64,000 bases of DNA from Trueperaceae bacterium (GTDB taxonomy: Bacteria; Deinococcota; Deinococci; Deinococcales; Trueperaceae). Made by a program: the position numbers and the translations under genes. The stretch is from positions 32,001 through 96,000 of the forward strand of contig OZ243913.1 in NCBI GenBank assembly GCA_965213705.1, in the 5' to 3' direction. Below, in pieces: positions 18,649 through 28,715 of the stretch. Position 1 is the stretch's first letter. Each line of letters begins with the position of its first letter. Under the pieces are notes generated by a model that saw only the letters and a list, made by a program, of their open reading frames with translations, ran no database searches and was not told where the DNA came from.

Positions 18649-19671
18649 ATGAAGTCTGCGGTTGTGATGGCAGGACTGAGCGTGGTGTTCGGGGTCGTCG
18701 GGCTGGTTCTGGTCGTCGGTGACGACGTGTTTCGCCCTGAAACCTACGTTCTCACTCACTACAGTCCCGGCTTGGCACTGCTGGCACTGTTGGCTTTTAT
18801 CACCGCTTGGTTGGCACCTGCGTTTAGAATCCAGCTGCTGTGCCGTGAGCGCGTCACCCTTCCCTTTTGGCGGGCACTGCTGGTCCAGCTTGCGACTTCG
18901 TTCGGGGCCGCCGTGACGCCGGGCAAGTCGGGGGCCGGGGTCGCCGGGACCGCGGCCCTGAGTACCTTGGGCTTTTCGGTCGGCCAAAGTTTCAACATCG
19001 CCGTTCAACAGGCTTTGCTCGACCTCGCGTTTTACAGCTGGGCGTTGCCGTTGAGCCTCGCCTACCTCGTTTTGAGCGACAAGTTTAAACTCCCTTTGAG
19101 CCTGGAACTTGCCGGCTTGGCGCTTGCGCTCGGTTTGGTTATAGCTTTGCTGTTTCGGCGAAAAGTGCCCGAGTTGCTGTTGCGCGTGGCTTTGACGGCG
19201 GCGCGGCTGCCCCTGCCGGGGCGCGTCAGGCTGTGGTTGCAGCGCGCAACCCACGACTACTACCGGAGCGCTCAAACCGAGTTCAGGCTCAGCCGCACAG
19301 GGTGGTTGGGCGCGCATGTAGCGACGGCGGTGGGCTGGCTGAGCAACTATGCGCTGCTGTGGGCGCTGCTCAAGTTGGACGGGGCCGAGGCCGCGTTGTC
19401 GGGCGTGGTGGCGGTGTTGACGCTGGTGTCCGTTACCGCCAACATCGTGCCGACGCCGGGCGGCTCCGGTTTTATAGAAGTGGCGGTGGGTTTGGCGACG
19501 CAGGCGCAAAGTTCAAGCCGAGTCGCCGCCGCACTGTTGCTGTGGCGACTCGGTACCTTTTACATCATCTTTTTTATCGGTCCTTTCGCGAGTTGGTTGC
19601 TGTACCGTAACCGCTCCGCACAGTTGACGCGGCCCCGCGCCGGAGTCAGGTTGAACGAGCGAGATGTTTGA
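18649..19671 (+). CDS. Lysylphosphatidylglycerol-synthase TM / flippase-like membrane protein (UPF0104)
   Basis: Multi-TM protein with AAVTPGKSG, PTPGGSGFIE and LLWRLGTFY. Confidence 0.82.
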   Translation: MKSAVVMAGLSVVFGVVGLVLVVGDDVFRPETYVLTHYSPGLALLALLAFITAWLAPAFRIQLLCRERVTLPFWRALLVQLATSFGAAVTPGKSGAGVAGTAALSTLGFSVGQSFNIAVQQALLDLAFYSWALPLSLAYLVLSDKFKLPLSLELAGLALALGLVIALLFRRKVPELLLRVALTAARLPLPGRVRLWLQRATHDYYRSAQTEFRLSRTGWLGAHVATAVGWLSNYALLWALLKLDGAEAALSGVVAVLTLVSVTANIVPTPGGSGFIEVAVGLATQAQSSSRVAAALLLWRLGTFYIIFFIGPFASWLLYRNRSAQLTRPRAGVRLNERDV

Positions 19672-20917
19672 CGTGCCGAGCGTTCACTTAGAGGACGCCG
19701 TGAGCGTGACCGGTTTGACCTCGCCCGTTCGCGTCGCCCTGTTTACCGGCGCTTACAACCACATTGCCGACGGGGTGTCTCTGACCCTCAACCGCTTGGT
19801 CCATTACCTAGAAACGCAAGGACACAGCGTGCGCGTGTTCGCGCCGACGGTTCGCGAACCCGAACTGAGCCACAAAGGCACCCTGATACCGGCGTGGTCC
19901 GTACCGGCCCCGGGCCGCCCCGACTACCGCTTGGCGTTGGGTTTGTCGCCGAAAGCGCGCCACGCCCTCAGCGGCTTCGACCCGGACTTGTACCACGTCG
20001 CCACCCCCGACCTGCTGGGCCACCAGGCGCTGCGCTTGGCGCGGCGCTCGGGCAAGCCCGTCGTCGCTTCTTATCACACGCACTTCAGTTCCTACCTGGG
20101 CTATTACGGCTTGGGCAGGCTCGAGCCCCCGCTGTGGTGGGCCTTGCGCCGCTTTTACCGCCGCTGCGACCAGGTTTACGTGCCGACGGCTTCGGTTGCC
20201 GCAAGCCTGCGCGACCACGGCGTCACCGAAGGGCTGCGTTTGTGGCCGCGCGGCGTCGACGCCGCGCGCTTCAACCCTGCTCGGCGCTCTTTTGCCTGGC
20301 GGCGCGCCCACGGAATCGCCGACGACGAGACCGTGCTGATTTTCGTCAGCCGCCTGGTCTGGGAAAAGGGTTTGGAAACGCTCGCTGAAACCGTCGAGGC
20401 GTTGCAACGGCGCGGCGTTCCCCACCGCAGCGTCGTCGTCGGCGACGGGCCGGCCGGTCCGTCGCTGCAACGTCGGCTTCAGCAAACGGTCTTTACGGGT
20501 CGCTTGGAAGGTGCCGAACTTGCAACCGCCTACGCCTCGGCCGACCTGTTTTTGTTTCCGAGCGAGACCGAGACGTTCGGCAACGTGGTTTTAGAGGCGA
20601 TGGCCTCCGGCTTGGCCGCCGTCTGCGCCGACGCGACCGGCAGCCGCGACCTGCAAGTGACGGGGGTAACCGGTTACCTCGTTCCCCCGGGCGACAGCTC
20701 CAGCTTTGCCGAAAAAACTGCGGCGCTCCTGACTCGGCCCAGCCTCCGCCGCGACTTGGCCGACGCTGCTTACGAGCGGTCACAAACCTACCACTGGGAG
20801 GCGGTGCTGGCGCGCGTTGCCGGGTACTACCAGCAGGTGTTGGCGGGACGGGCCACGGAGGGCCGAGCGCCGACCGAACGCGGCCCGGCGGTCAACCGAA
20901 ATAGTCCTCGAGGATGA
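19664..20917 (+). CDS. GT4 glycolipid glycosyltransferase (MgtA/Agt/Sgt1-like)
   Basis: RVALFTGAYNHIADGVSLTLNRL, SYHTHF, WPRGVD, SRLVWEKG and ETFGNVVLEAMASG. Confidence 0.88.
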   Translation: MFDVPSVHLEDAVSVTGLTSPVRVALFTGAYNHIADGVSLTLNRLVHYLETQGHSVRVFAPTVREPELSHKGTLIPAWSVPAPGRPDYRLALGLSPKARHALSGFDPDLYHVATPDLLGHQALRLARRSGKPVVASYHTHFSSYLGYYGLGRLEPPLWWALRRFYRRCDQVYVPTASVAASLRDHGVTEGLRLWPRGVDAARFNPARRSFAWRRAHGIADDETVLIFVSRLVWEKGLETLAETVEALQRRGVPHRSVVVGDGPAGPSLQRRLQQTVFTGRLEGAELATAYASADLFLFPSETETFGNVVLEAMASGLAAVCADATGSRDLQVTGVTGYLVPPGDSSSFAEKTAALLTRPSLRRDLADAAYERSQTYHWEAVLARVAGYYQQVLAGRATEGRAPTERGPAVNRNSPRG

Positions 20918-21761
20918 CTTTGGTGCTTTTGTACTTCCAGTGCCAGCGCCGCCGCGCACCTACGCCTGCGGTCGTCGCGTTTTGGTGATGGCGCACGACC
21001 AAGTCGGGCAGCCACCACACTTGCAAGTCGGCGTTGCGCGCTTGTTCTGCCAGGTGCACCTCTTCAAAGTACATAAAGCCGCGGTACTCGAGGGTCAGCG
21101 CCTCCAACAAGCGGTCTTTCAAAAACACGGCGCTGCCGTGAGGTGCGTAAATTTTCGCGGGTGCGGCGTTCAGGTGCGCACGTTTGAACGCGTCGAGCTT
21201 TTGCTTGGTCACGAAGCCCAAGTCCCAGAGTCGGCTCAGCGGCACGCTGCGCCACACCCACATATACAGGTAAAGCAAAAAACGGGCCGGGCGCGAGCGC
21301 ATAAACGGGTTTTGCCGCGCGCCGTTGTCCAGCAGCACGTTCGGAGCGACGATGCCCACGTCTTCAGGCAAAACGTGCGCGGCCAAACGGTAAAAAAAGT
21401 CGGCGGCGAACTCCAAGTCGGTGTTGACGACGCCCAGCCAAGTCGGGAGCGTTTTGTGCTCGGCCCGCCAGGCCCGGTAGGCGAAAGCGCAGCCGCCCAA
21501 GTAACCCACGTTGCGGCTTTTATAAACGCTCACGCCGGCCGGGAGCGGTTCTTCGTTCGTCCAGGAAGCGCTGCTGTCTGCAACGGCGACAGCCAAACGC
21601 CAACCCGGCGGCAGGGGAAGTCCCTGCAGGTGCGCGACAAAACGGCGCACCTGCGCCTCGTTGTGGTAGTGAACACAGCTCAGCAGGACGGTTACGGCTG
21701 GGTTGCCGTTCTGGTCACCGTTCGTGGCTGCGGCGTCCCGGGTTGAAAGGTCGTCACTCAA
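20892..21761 (-). CDS. Glycosyltransferase family 2
   Basis: VHYHN, NVGYLGG, VVNTDL, QNPF, YAPHGS, FMYFEE and VRHH. Convergent with the GT4 and overlaps its end. Confidence 0.75.
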   Translation of the reverse strand: MSDDLSTRDAAATNGDQNGNPAVTVLLSCVHYHNEAQVRRFVAHLQGLPLPPGWRLAVAVADSSASWTNEEPLPAGVSVYKSRNVGYLGGCAFAYRAWRAEHKTLPTWLGVVNTDLEFAADFFYRLAAHVLPEDVGIVAPNVLLDNGARQNPFMRSRPARFLLYLYMWVWRSVPLSRLWDLGFVTKQKLDAFKRAHLNAAPAKIYAPHGSAVFLKDRLLEALTLEYRGFMYFEEVHLAEQARNADLQVWWLPDLVVRHHQNATTAGVGARRRWHWKYKSTKVILEDYFG

Positions 21762-21965
21762 AGTCGGTCTCTTCCAGTCGCTCGCTTACATCGCTTTCGG
21801 CCGTGCGCCGCTTTGCTCCGGGCCGGGTCGAAAGCTCGAGCGCGTCGTAAAAACCCAGCCACTCTAGCACAGAACAGCGTTTTTTCTGAGCAGGGGCGGT
21901 ACTTGGGCGGTTCGTTGCCGGGGAGCGCGTTCGGGGGCGGCACGTTTGTGTCATGATAGCCAGGC

Positions 21966-23201
21966 ATGACCCCAGCGACGACCCTCTTGCCGACCCGCGC
22001 TTCGGCTCTCAAAGCCAAGCTGCTCTTCGCCACCATAGCAGCGGGCGGCGGTCACGTCGCGACGGCCGAGGCGATGGCGGCGGCTGTGACGCGCCACTAC
22101 CCAGGGCAGTTGGAGGCGGTTGTCACGGACTACATGAAAGAGGTCGGCAACCGCGAAGCCGCTGTCGCGGCGTTTGACGAGCGCCACAAAGAGTTGTGGA
22201 AAAGAGCCTTGCGTTTTCCCTTGTCGGCGCGCTTGGGCCAGCGGCTTATCGACGCGCTGCCCAACCTCACCGTAAAAGTGCAGCGGCGCTTTTTGGCCCG
22301 CTTTGCCGAGGTCGCCGCGGCCGACTTGGCGGAGCGACGCCCCGACTTGGTCGTTTCGAATCACGGGCTGATAACGACCGGTTTGGCACTTGCCAAACGC
22401 GACTACGGCCTCAGGGTTCCCGTACTGACTTTTGCAACCGAAACGCACAACATCAGCGCCTACTGGGCCGACCCCGAGGCGGACCACATGTTGGTACCGA
22501 ATAGGGGCGTGCTCGCCGACTTAAACCGCATGGGCGTGCCGCTTGACAAGATGGACGTGGTCGGCTACCCGGTGCAACAAGCGTTTTTGCAAGCTCCCGA
22601 CAAAACGGAGGCTCGAGCCCGCCTCGGCCTCTCAATCCGGTTTACCCTCCTCGTTTCGCTCGGCGGCGAGGGCATCGGCGGCGACCCGCTCCAAACGGTG
22701 CGGGTGCTCGCCGCCGCGCGGCCCCACGCCCAAATCCTGGTGATGTGTGGCCGCAACGAAACGCTGCAGCGTAAAGTCGCCGCGCTGCAAGCCCCCAACT
22801 TGCGCGCTTACGGCTTCAGCCGGGACATGGCCGTCTTTTTGGCGGCGAGCGACGTCGTGGTCGGCAAGGCCGGCCCGGCGTCGGTCTACGAAACGCTCGC
22901 GGTGGGCCGGCCCCTGCTGATTACGAGTTATGCCGGCCTCAACGAACAAGGCGTGACTCGGTTCGTCGCCGAACAGGGTCTGGGGCATTACGTTTCCTCG
23001 ACAGCTGCGCTTTTGAAAGCTTTGAGTCTTTACGAGCGAGGCGACCCGGACCAGGGCAATCCGCAAAGCGACAGGGTTCAAGACGTAGCAGCGCGTTGCC
23101 GCGCCCTCGACCTCAAGGGGCAGACCGACGCCGTAGCGCAAGCCATCTGGGGTTACCTGAACCGGTTCAAACCTACACCTTACCAGGACGTGTGGGTTTA
23201 A
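21966..23201 (+). CDS. MGDG-synthase/UgtP-like glycosyltransferase (GT28)
   Basis: GGGHVATAEA, GYPV, LGGEGIG, CGRNE, ASDVVVGKAGP and GLNEQG. Confidence 0.88.
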   Translation: MTPATTLLPTRASALKAKLLFATIAAGGGHVATAEAMAAAVTRHYPGQLEAVVTDYMKEVGNREAAVAAFDERHKELWKRALRFPLSARLGQRLIDALPNLTVKVQRRFLARFAEVAAADLAERRPDLVVSNHGLITTGLALAKRDYGLRVPVLTFATETHNISAYWADPEADHMLVPNRGVLADLNRMGVPLDKMDVVGYPVQQAFLQAPDKTEARARLGLSIRFTLLVSLGGEGIGGDPLQTVRVLAAARPHAQILVMCGRNETLQRKVAALQAPNLRAYGFSRDMAVFLAASDVVVGKAGPASVYETLAVGRPLLITSYAGLNEQGVTRFVAEQGLGHYVSSTAALLKALSLYERGDPDQGNPQSDRVQDVAARCRALDLKGQTDAVAQAIWGYLNRFKPTPYQDVWV

Positions 23202-23208
23202 GAAATCC

Positions 23209-24225
23209 ATGCGCAAAAGGTACTGGCTGACGGTCATCATCTCCGTCGTGTTCGGCGCATTCGCGCTGTGGCTGGTGTTGCCGGAGGCTTTCGCGCCGGC
23301 CAGCCTGGCAACATTGCGGCGTCTGACAAGTCATCACTACGCGGCCGTCGCACTCGTCATAACGGGCTGGTGGTCGGCGGCGGCCGTGCGCTTTATGCTG
23401 CTCAGCCACGCTGTCGGACGGCCCATCCGTTTTCACCAGGGCGTCCGGGTGACTTTAGCGGGTATTTTCGCCGCGACCGTCACGCCTTCGGGTGGGGGCA
23501 GCGGCGTGGGAGTAGCCCTCAGCCTGAACCGCTACGGCTTGTCGCTACACGAGGCCGTCGCCGTGACCACCCTCACCCTGACCCTCGACTTAGCTTTTTT
23601 CACCTGGGCGGTGCCCGCCTCGTTTTTTTACTTGTTGGCCGAGGGTGTGCGCTTGCCCGGCGAAAACTTAGGCGCCTTGGTCGTGGTCGTGTCGCTGGTT
23701 CTGCTGGCGCTGGGCTACCTCGTGACGTTTCGACTGGCGCTGTTGAGCCGAGGTTTGAAAAGAGTCGCGTTTTTGTCGCTTCTGCGCCCGTTGCGGCGGC
23801 GTTTGCTGCGCTTCGTGAACGAGCTGACGACGGCGCACGCGCTGTTCAATGGGCGGGGGGGTTTGGAACACCTGAGTTTTCACCTGTTGACCCTCCTGAC
23901 CTGGCTTTTCCACCTCGGGCTTTTGAACGTGGTGGCTTGGGCGCTCGAGCTGGGCATTCCCCCCCTGGAGTTGCTGGCGCTGCAACTGCTGATTTTAGTC
24001 TTGTCGTTTGCCATCCCCACGCCCGGCGGCAGCGGTTATTTGGAAGCCGCCCTCGCGCTGGCCCTCAGGGGCGACGCGCCCGCCCAGACCCTGTCGGTGG
24101 CGGTGGTGGTGTGGCGCGTGTTCGGCTACTACTTGTATTTTTTGGTCGGCCCCTTGAACAGCTTTACGCTGCTGGCCCGGCGGCGCGGGCCGCGGGCCGC
24201 ACGGGTCAGCCCACCTGATCGATAG
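23209..24225 (+). CDS. Second flippase-like (LPG synthase TM) membrane protein
   Basis: Multi-TM protein with AATVTPSGGG, PTPGGSGYLE and VWRVFGYY. Paralogous to 18649-19671. Confidence 0.82.
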   Translation: MRKRYWLTVIISVVFGAFALWLVLPEAFAPASLATLRRLTSHHYAAVALVITGWWSAAAVRFMLLSHAVGRPIRFHQGVRVTLAGIFAATVTPSGGGSGVGVALSLNRYGLSLHEAVAVTTLTLTLDLAFFTWAVPASFFYLLAEGVRLPGENLGALVVVVSLVLLALGYLVTFRLALLSRGLKRVAFLSLLRPLRRRLLRFVNELTTAHALFNGRGGLEHLSFHLLTLLTWLFHLGLLNVVAWALELGIPPLELLALQLLILVLSFAIPTPGGSGYLEAALALALRGDAPAQTLSVAVVVWRVFGYYLYFLVGPLNSFTLLARRRGPRAARVSPPDR

Positions 24226-25159
24226 GCAGCTTACCTAACGCGTAAGCGACCCTACGCCGGTTCGCTTCGGACAGAAAAGTCCGTAGCGTCGTGCCGGCAA
24301 AAGCCGGATACACCCGCGCGCGCGTGGCCTCGCTTACGTCGCGGCGGCCGAGTTTTGCAGCCAAACCGCGCGCGTCCCGCCCTACCTTGAAGACATCCTG
24401 GGGCCGACCCGCCGCGGCCAGGTGAAAAAAACCCGCCAGGTAGCGCCCGGCGAGCATCTCGAGCCGCTCCACCCCGCGAAAGTACCGCATGATTGTAACG
24501 AGGTCGTTGCGAAACGGCAGGTAAGCCTGGTGCGGCTTGATGCTGGCGCGCGCCTGGTAGAGGTGATAAACCGGGGCGTCCGGCAAAAAGTCGGCCTCCC
24601 AACCGTGCGCCAGCACTTCGATGGTCGTCGGAATTTCGGTGGCGTACATAAAGTAGCCCGGCGGGCTCAGCGGCACTTGCGACAAGACCGCGCGCCGAAA
24701 CACGACCGCGCCCGCGAAAAAACCGCGCGCGGGCGCATAGCTGTGGCCGGCGCGAACCTCCGGCAAGTACGGCGTGTAGGCCGTGCGCCCGGACACGGGT
24801 TCGACAAAAGGCAGCGCCACCATGCCGAGCCTTTCGCCCCGTTTTTCAAAGTGGGCGACGACCTTGGGCAGCGTGTCTTCGTGGGGGTAAGCGTCATCGT
24901 CGAGTTCGAACACGAGGTCGCCGGTCACGTGTCGGAGCGCGTCCCCCAACCCGTCGAAGCCGCGCGGCGCGTCGTGGCGGCACACTTTGACCCCCGGAAA
25001 GTCGTTCAGCATGGCGGCGGTGCCGTCTCGAGAGCCGTCGTCGACCACGACGACCTCGCGCGCAGGACCGGGCAACGTCTCCAGACGGGTCAGCAACCGC
25101 CGCAACGTGTCCCGCCGCGCGTGGGTCGGAATCAAAAAGGTAACGACGGGCTCGAGCAC
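24206..25159 (-). CDS. Glycosyltransferase family 2
   Basis: LIPTHAR, VVVDDGSRDGT, LDDD (DxD) and FMYATE. Confidence 0.85.
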   Translation of the reverse strand: MLEPVVTFLIPTHARRDTLRRLLTRLETLPGPAREVVVVDDGSRDGTAAMLNDFPGVKVCRHDAPRGFDGLGDALRHVTGDLVFELDDDAYPHEDTLPKVVAHFEKRGERLGMVALPFVEPVSGRTAYTPYLPEVRAGHSYAPARGFFAGAVVFRRAVLSQVPLSPPGYFMYATEIPTTIEVLAHGWEADFLPDAPVYHLYQARASIKPHQAYLPFRNDLVTIMRYFRGVERLEMLAGRYLAGFFHLAAAGRPQDVFKVGRDARGLAAKLGRRDVSEATRARVYPAFAGTTLRTFLSEANRRRVAYALGKLPIDQVG

Positions 25160-25211
25160 AAGGCTTAGATTATGGCACGGCCGCGCTCGTTCTCGGAACC
25201 CGCGGCTCGGT

Positions 25212-26231
25212 TCAGCTTTCCAGGACCGCTCGCACCGCCGCCAACACCCGCTTCGCGTTCGGACGGTAGTGGTGCTCTATCGAACTGAAAGGCGGGTAGG
25301 GCGCGTCCCAACCGGCCACGCGCAACACGGGAGCGTGAAGTGAGTAAAGTGCCTCCTCGGCCAGCCGCGCCGCGACTTCCGCGCCGAAACCGCTGTTCCG
25401 CATGGCCTCGTAAACGACGACCGCCCGACCCGTTTTTTCGACCGAGGCGAGCACCGTGTCCATGTCGAGCGGCGTGAGGGTTTCTAAGTCGATGATTTCG
25501 AGTTCCACACCTTCTTTCGAGGCGACCTCGGCGGCTTTCTCGCAAACCTCGACCATGCCGCCGTAACAAATCAACGTCGCCGCGTCACCGGGGCGCACCA
25601 CTCGAGCCCACCCAATCTCGTGCGTGTAGTACCCCGTAGGCACCGCCTCTTTGAGCGAGCGGTAAAGCTTGATGGCCTCGAAAAAAAACACCGGGTCGGG
25701 GTCGTCGATGGCGGCCAGCAGGAGGCCCTTGGCGCGCTCCGGCGTCGACGGGATAACGACTTTGACGCCCGGCACGTGCGTCAGAAAGCCTTCGGGCGAG
25801 TCGGCGTGTTGCTCGGGCGTGTGGACGCCGCCGCCGTAGGGCGCGCGCACGACCATCGGCACGGAAAAGCGCCCGCGCGTCCGGTGCCGATAGCGGCCCA
25901 GGTGCGACAAGATTTGGTCGAAGGCCGGATACAAAAATCCTGCAAACTGGATTTCGGCGACCGGTTTCATCCCGGCGAGCGCCAAACCGATGCCGTAACC
26001 GACGATGCCCGCCTCGGCCAGCGGCGTGTCGAAGACTCGAGCCTCGCCGTACTTTTGCTGCAAGCCGTCCGAGGCGCGGAACACGCCGCCCATGTGCCCG
26101 ACGTCCTCGCCGAAGAGCAGCACTTTGGGGTCGCGGCTCAGCGCCACGTCGAGCGCGTCGTTGACGGCCTGGACCATGTTCATCGTCTTCGAGGTTTGCA
26201 CCTCGTCGCGGCTTTTCTCTTCAACGCTCAT
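25212..26231 (-). CDS. pdhB: 2-oxoacid (pyruvate) dehydrogenase E1 beta subunit
   Basis: [27 protein letters not shown] and HADSPE. Confidence 0.92.
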   Translation of the reverse strand: MSVEEKSRDEVQTSKTMNMVQAVNDALDVALSRDPKVLLFGEDVGHMGGVFRASDGLQQKYGEARVFDTPLAEAGIVGYGIGLALAGMKPVAEIQFAGFLYPAFDQILSHLGRYRHRTRGRFSVPMVVRAPYGGGVHTPEQHADSPEGFLTHVPGVKVVIPSTPERAKGLLLAAIDDPDPVFFFEAIKLYRSLKEAVPTGYYTHEIGWARVVRPGDAATLICYGGMVEVCEKAAEVASKEGVELEIIDLETLTPLDMDTVLASVEKTGRAVVVYEAMRNSGFGAEVAARLAEEALYSLHAPVLRVAGWDAPYPPFSSIEHHYRPNAKRVLAAVRAVLES

Positions 26232-27265
26232 GCAGGGCCTCTTTCATGCAAAGCCTCCCAAGCGCGGGTCTGTTCAGCCGTCATCGTTTCGAACACGTGC
26301 TCGACGATTTCCCACGGCTCGGGCTCGGGCGTTTCGTCGGCGATTCGCAACGCTTCGCCCAGTTCGGTTTTGAAACCGTCTTCCAGGGCGCGCTCCTGCT
26401 CGTCGTCCCACAGCTCGAGACCGTTGAGTAAGTTCCGCATCCGCACCACCGGGTCTTTTTTGCGCCAAGGGTCGCTGTCAAGCTCGTCCCGGTAACGCCC
26501 TGGGTCGTCCGAAGTCGTGTGCGGCGCGATGCGGTAGGTCAGGGCTTCTATGAGGGTGGGGCCGTCGCCACCCCTCGCCCGCGCCACCGCCTCCCGCGCC
26601 ACCGCCCACACCGCGACGAGGTCGTTGCCGTCCACCACCACGCCCGGCAGCCCGTAGCCCGCGGCGCGCTCGGCGATGCGCTGGTTTTTCATCTGTTTGG
26701 AGGTCGGCACGCTGATGGCCCAACCGTTGTTCTGCACCGTAAACACGACCGGCGCGCCAAACACGGCGGCGAAGTTCAGCGCCTCGTGAAAGTCGCCCTC
26801 GGACGTGCCGCCGTCGCCGATGTAGGTCCCGGCGACCCAGTCCTCACCCTGGTAACGCCCCGCCATCGCCACGCCGACCGCCTGCGGCAACTGCGTGGCG
26901 ATGGGAATGTAAAAGGGCAACATCCGCAACTCGTCCGGAAAGCGCCAGCCCGCCGGGTGCGCCCGCCAGTACAAGATGAGCTGCGCCACCGACAAACCGT
27001 GCGTGAGCGCCGCCGCACTCTCGCGGTAGCTCGGCACGAGCCAATCGCTTTTTTCCAGCGCCAGCGCCGTGCCGACCTGCGCGGCTTCTTGCCCGTAACA
27101 GGGCGGATACACGCCGAGCCGCCCCTGCCGGTGCAGCGTGACCGCCCGCTCGTCGAAAAAGCGGCTGCGCCGCAACGCCTCGTAACCCTTTACCAGTTCG
27201 TCGTTACCGAAAGGAAGCTCCTTTAGCGGCTCTCCGCTGTCACTCAAGTACTGAACTGTCTCCAT
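26228..27265 (-). CDS. pdhA: 2-oxoacid (pyruvate) dehydrogenase E1 alpha subunit
   Basis: RQGR, GQEA, TPP motif [10 protein letters not shown] and HTTSDD..YR. ATG at 27265 follows GGAGG. Confidence 0.92.
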   Translation of the reverse strand: METVQYLSDSGEPLKELPFGNDELVKGYEALRRSRFFDERAVTLHRQGRLGVYPPCYGQEAAQVGTALALEKSDWLVPSYRESAAALTHGLSVAQLILYWRAHPAGWRFPDELRMLPFYIPIATQLPQAVGVAMAGRYQGEDWVAGTYIGDGGTSEGDFHEALNFAAVFGAPVVFTVQNNGWAISVPTSKQMKNQRIAERAAGYGLPGVVVDGNDLVAVWAVAREAVARARGGDGPTLIEALTYRIAPHTTSDDPGRYRDELDSDPWRKKDPVVRMRNLLNGLELWDDEQERALEDGFKTELGEALRIADETPEPEPWEIVEHVFETMTAEQTRAWEALHERGPA

Positions 27266-27437
27266 GTGCCCTCCAAAGGTTTGTGAATAGAGAAGTGGAT
27301 GTATACAGGCTATTGTACTCGAGCCCGCTGAACTTGCGTATTTGTACTTGGGGTGCGGCGGGGTCTCGAGCTTGGGCACCTAAGCTCTATGACTCAACCG
27401 CTAGGCAGTCGCAGCTTTCCAGGCTAAACTCTGGTTT

Positions 27438-27644
27438 GTGAACGAAATCATCTTTCTTGTCCAAGAAGCTGTCGAGGGTGGCTTCGAAGCGAAAGCGCTC
27501 TCCGCCTCTATTTATACTGAGGCCGACACCCTGGATGAACTTAAAAACATGATTCGAGACGCCGTGGCTTGTCACTTCGAAAACGATGAAAAGCCTAAAA
27601 TCGTTCGTCTTCACTACGTTCGTGAAGAGACCATAGCTGCTTGA
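27438..27644 (+). CDS. Short HicB-like antitoxin
   Basis: EIIFLVQEA.EGGFEAKAL..SIYTEADTLDELK.MIRDAV.CHF is the HicB partial RNase H fold pattern. Confidence 0.75.
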   Translation: MNEIIFLVQEAVEGGFEAKALSASIYTEADTLDELKNMIRDAVACHFENDEKPKIVRLHYVREETIAA

Positions 27645-27723
27645 ATGCCGCGCTATTTTGACTGATATAGCTGGTCACATAGGCAAAGACAAAAGCACGC
27701 TCATAGCTGAACTATTTGGTTGA
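27641..27723 (+). pseudogene. Internally deleted hicA-like toxin remnant
   Basis: ATG CCG CGC (MPR) directly after the antitoxin stop, joined out of frame to AILTDIAGHIGKDKSTLIAELFG-stop, which resembles a HicA C-terminus. Confidence 0.55.
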
Positions 27724-27745
27724 CCTTCCAAGTCAGGGGCTCGAG

Positions 27746-28139
27746 CTACCCCGTCACCTCACCGAGCAGGTACTCGAGCCTCGTTTGCGCATTTTCCTGC
27801 GAGCCGTAAATGCTCCGTACCAGGTTGCCCGCGCGGTCGAACACGAACCAGTGCGGTGTACCCTCCACGCCCCACTTTTCGGCGAGCTTGCCTTCCAGGT
27901 CAAGGGCGATAGGAAAAGGGATGTCGGCGAAGATTTCGGCAAAGTGGATTAGGGTTGGCACAACCTCGTTTCTGGTGTAGGGCTTGTGGCCGAACGAGGT
28001 GTGAATCATCAAAATGACGAATTCGTCGCCGTAGGCTCGAGCCAACCTCTTCAAAAACGGCGCGCCGCGCGAGACGCATTCAAGGTTTTAGGGGCGGCAA
28101 CGTCGCCGCCCACACGAAGTCGTCAGCGCCGGGCCACAT
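27746..28139 (-). pseudogene. Frameshifted TlpA/redoxin-like thioredoxin gene
   Basis: MWPGADDFVWAATLPPL runs into TGA. A second frame continues NLECVSRGAPFLKRL...WGVEGTPHW with only one Cys where a CxxC is expected. Confidence 0.6.
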
Positions 28140-28182
28140 GCCTACACTTTTACCCTATAAAGTTTCCTACAGACAAAAACCC

Positions 28183-28626
28183 TCAAGCCCGGTCCGCTTC
28201 GGGTTGCGGCCAGAGGTCGTCGCGGTAGTCGTCGTTGAGCATGTGGCGGATTTCGTCGACCTGACCGGCGCTGACAAAGTGGTTGACCGTTTCGAACACG
28301 GCCCGCACCATGCGTTCGGTGTCGACCTCTTCTTGGGCGTACACAACCGCGACCCTGGCTAGGAACTCGTCCTTGTGCCGGTCGGTGACGGGTGTGTGCG
28401 CCGGGTTGAAACCCTCGAAGTAAAAGCCGCGCACGAGCATCGGCAACTGCGAGCCGAACTCGACCGCCTCTTTGGGCGGGATGCGGTCACGGAGCGCGTG
28501 CAAAGTAGCGCGCAGGGCCGCGTAGGCGGCGTCTTTGGTGGCTAGGTCTAAACTGGTTTGGATTTCGTTCAGCCACTGGTTCGTCTTTTGAACCGTGGCG
28601 TCGAAAACGTCTAAGCCGGTACTCAT
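28183..28626 (-). CDS. DUF2267-family protein
   Basis: TGLDVFDATVQKTNQWL, AYAALRATLHALRDR and QLPMLVRG. AGGAGG RBS before ATG 28626. Confidence 0.85.
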   Translation of the reverse strand: MSTGLDVFDATVQKTNQWLNEIQTSLDLATKDAAYAALRATLHALRDRIPPKEAVEFGSQLPMLVRGFYFEGFNPAHTPVTDRHKDEFLARVAVVYAQEEVDTERMVRAVFETVNHFVSAGQVDEIRHMLNDDYRDDLWPQPEADRA

Positions 28627-28715
28627 AACAGTCCTCCTGTCTTTACTTTTAGCAGGTGTCGAGAGTGTCGTTAAGTGCCCCAAGCCCTATTTCAGCCTGC
28701 GCTATAATGGCTTGA

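Noticed and set aside
21758..22036. Small ORFs between GT2-a and GT28, checked as a possible acyl carrier protein
   Set aside because: No DSL phosphopantetheine motif or acidic ACP composition. The region is probably a divergent promoter.
28078..28084. TGA as selenocysteine in the redoxin
   Set aside because: The TGA is in a different frame from the downstream thioredoxin-fold sequence.
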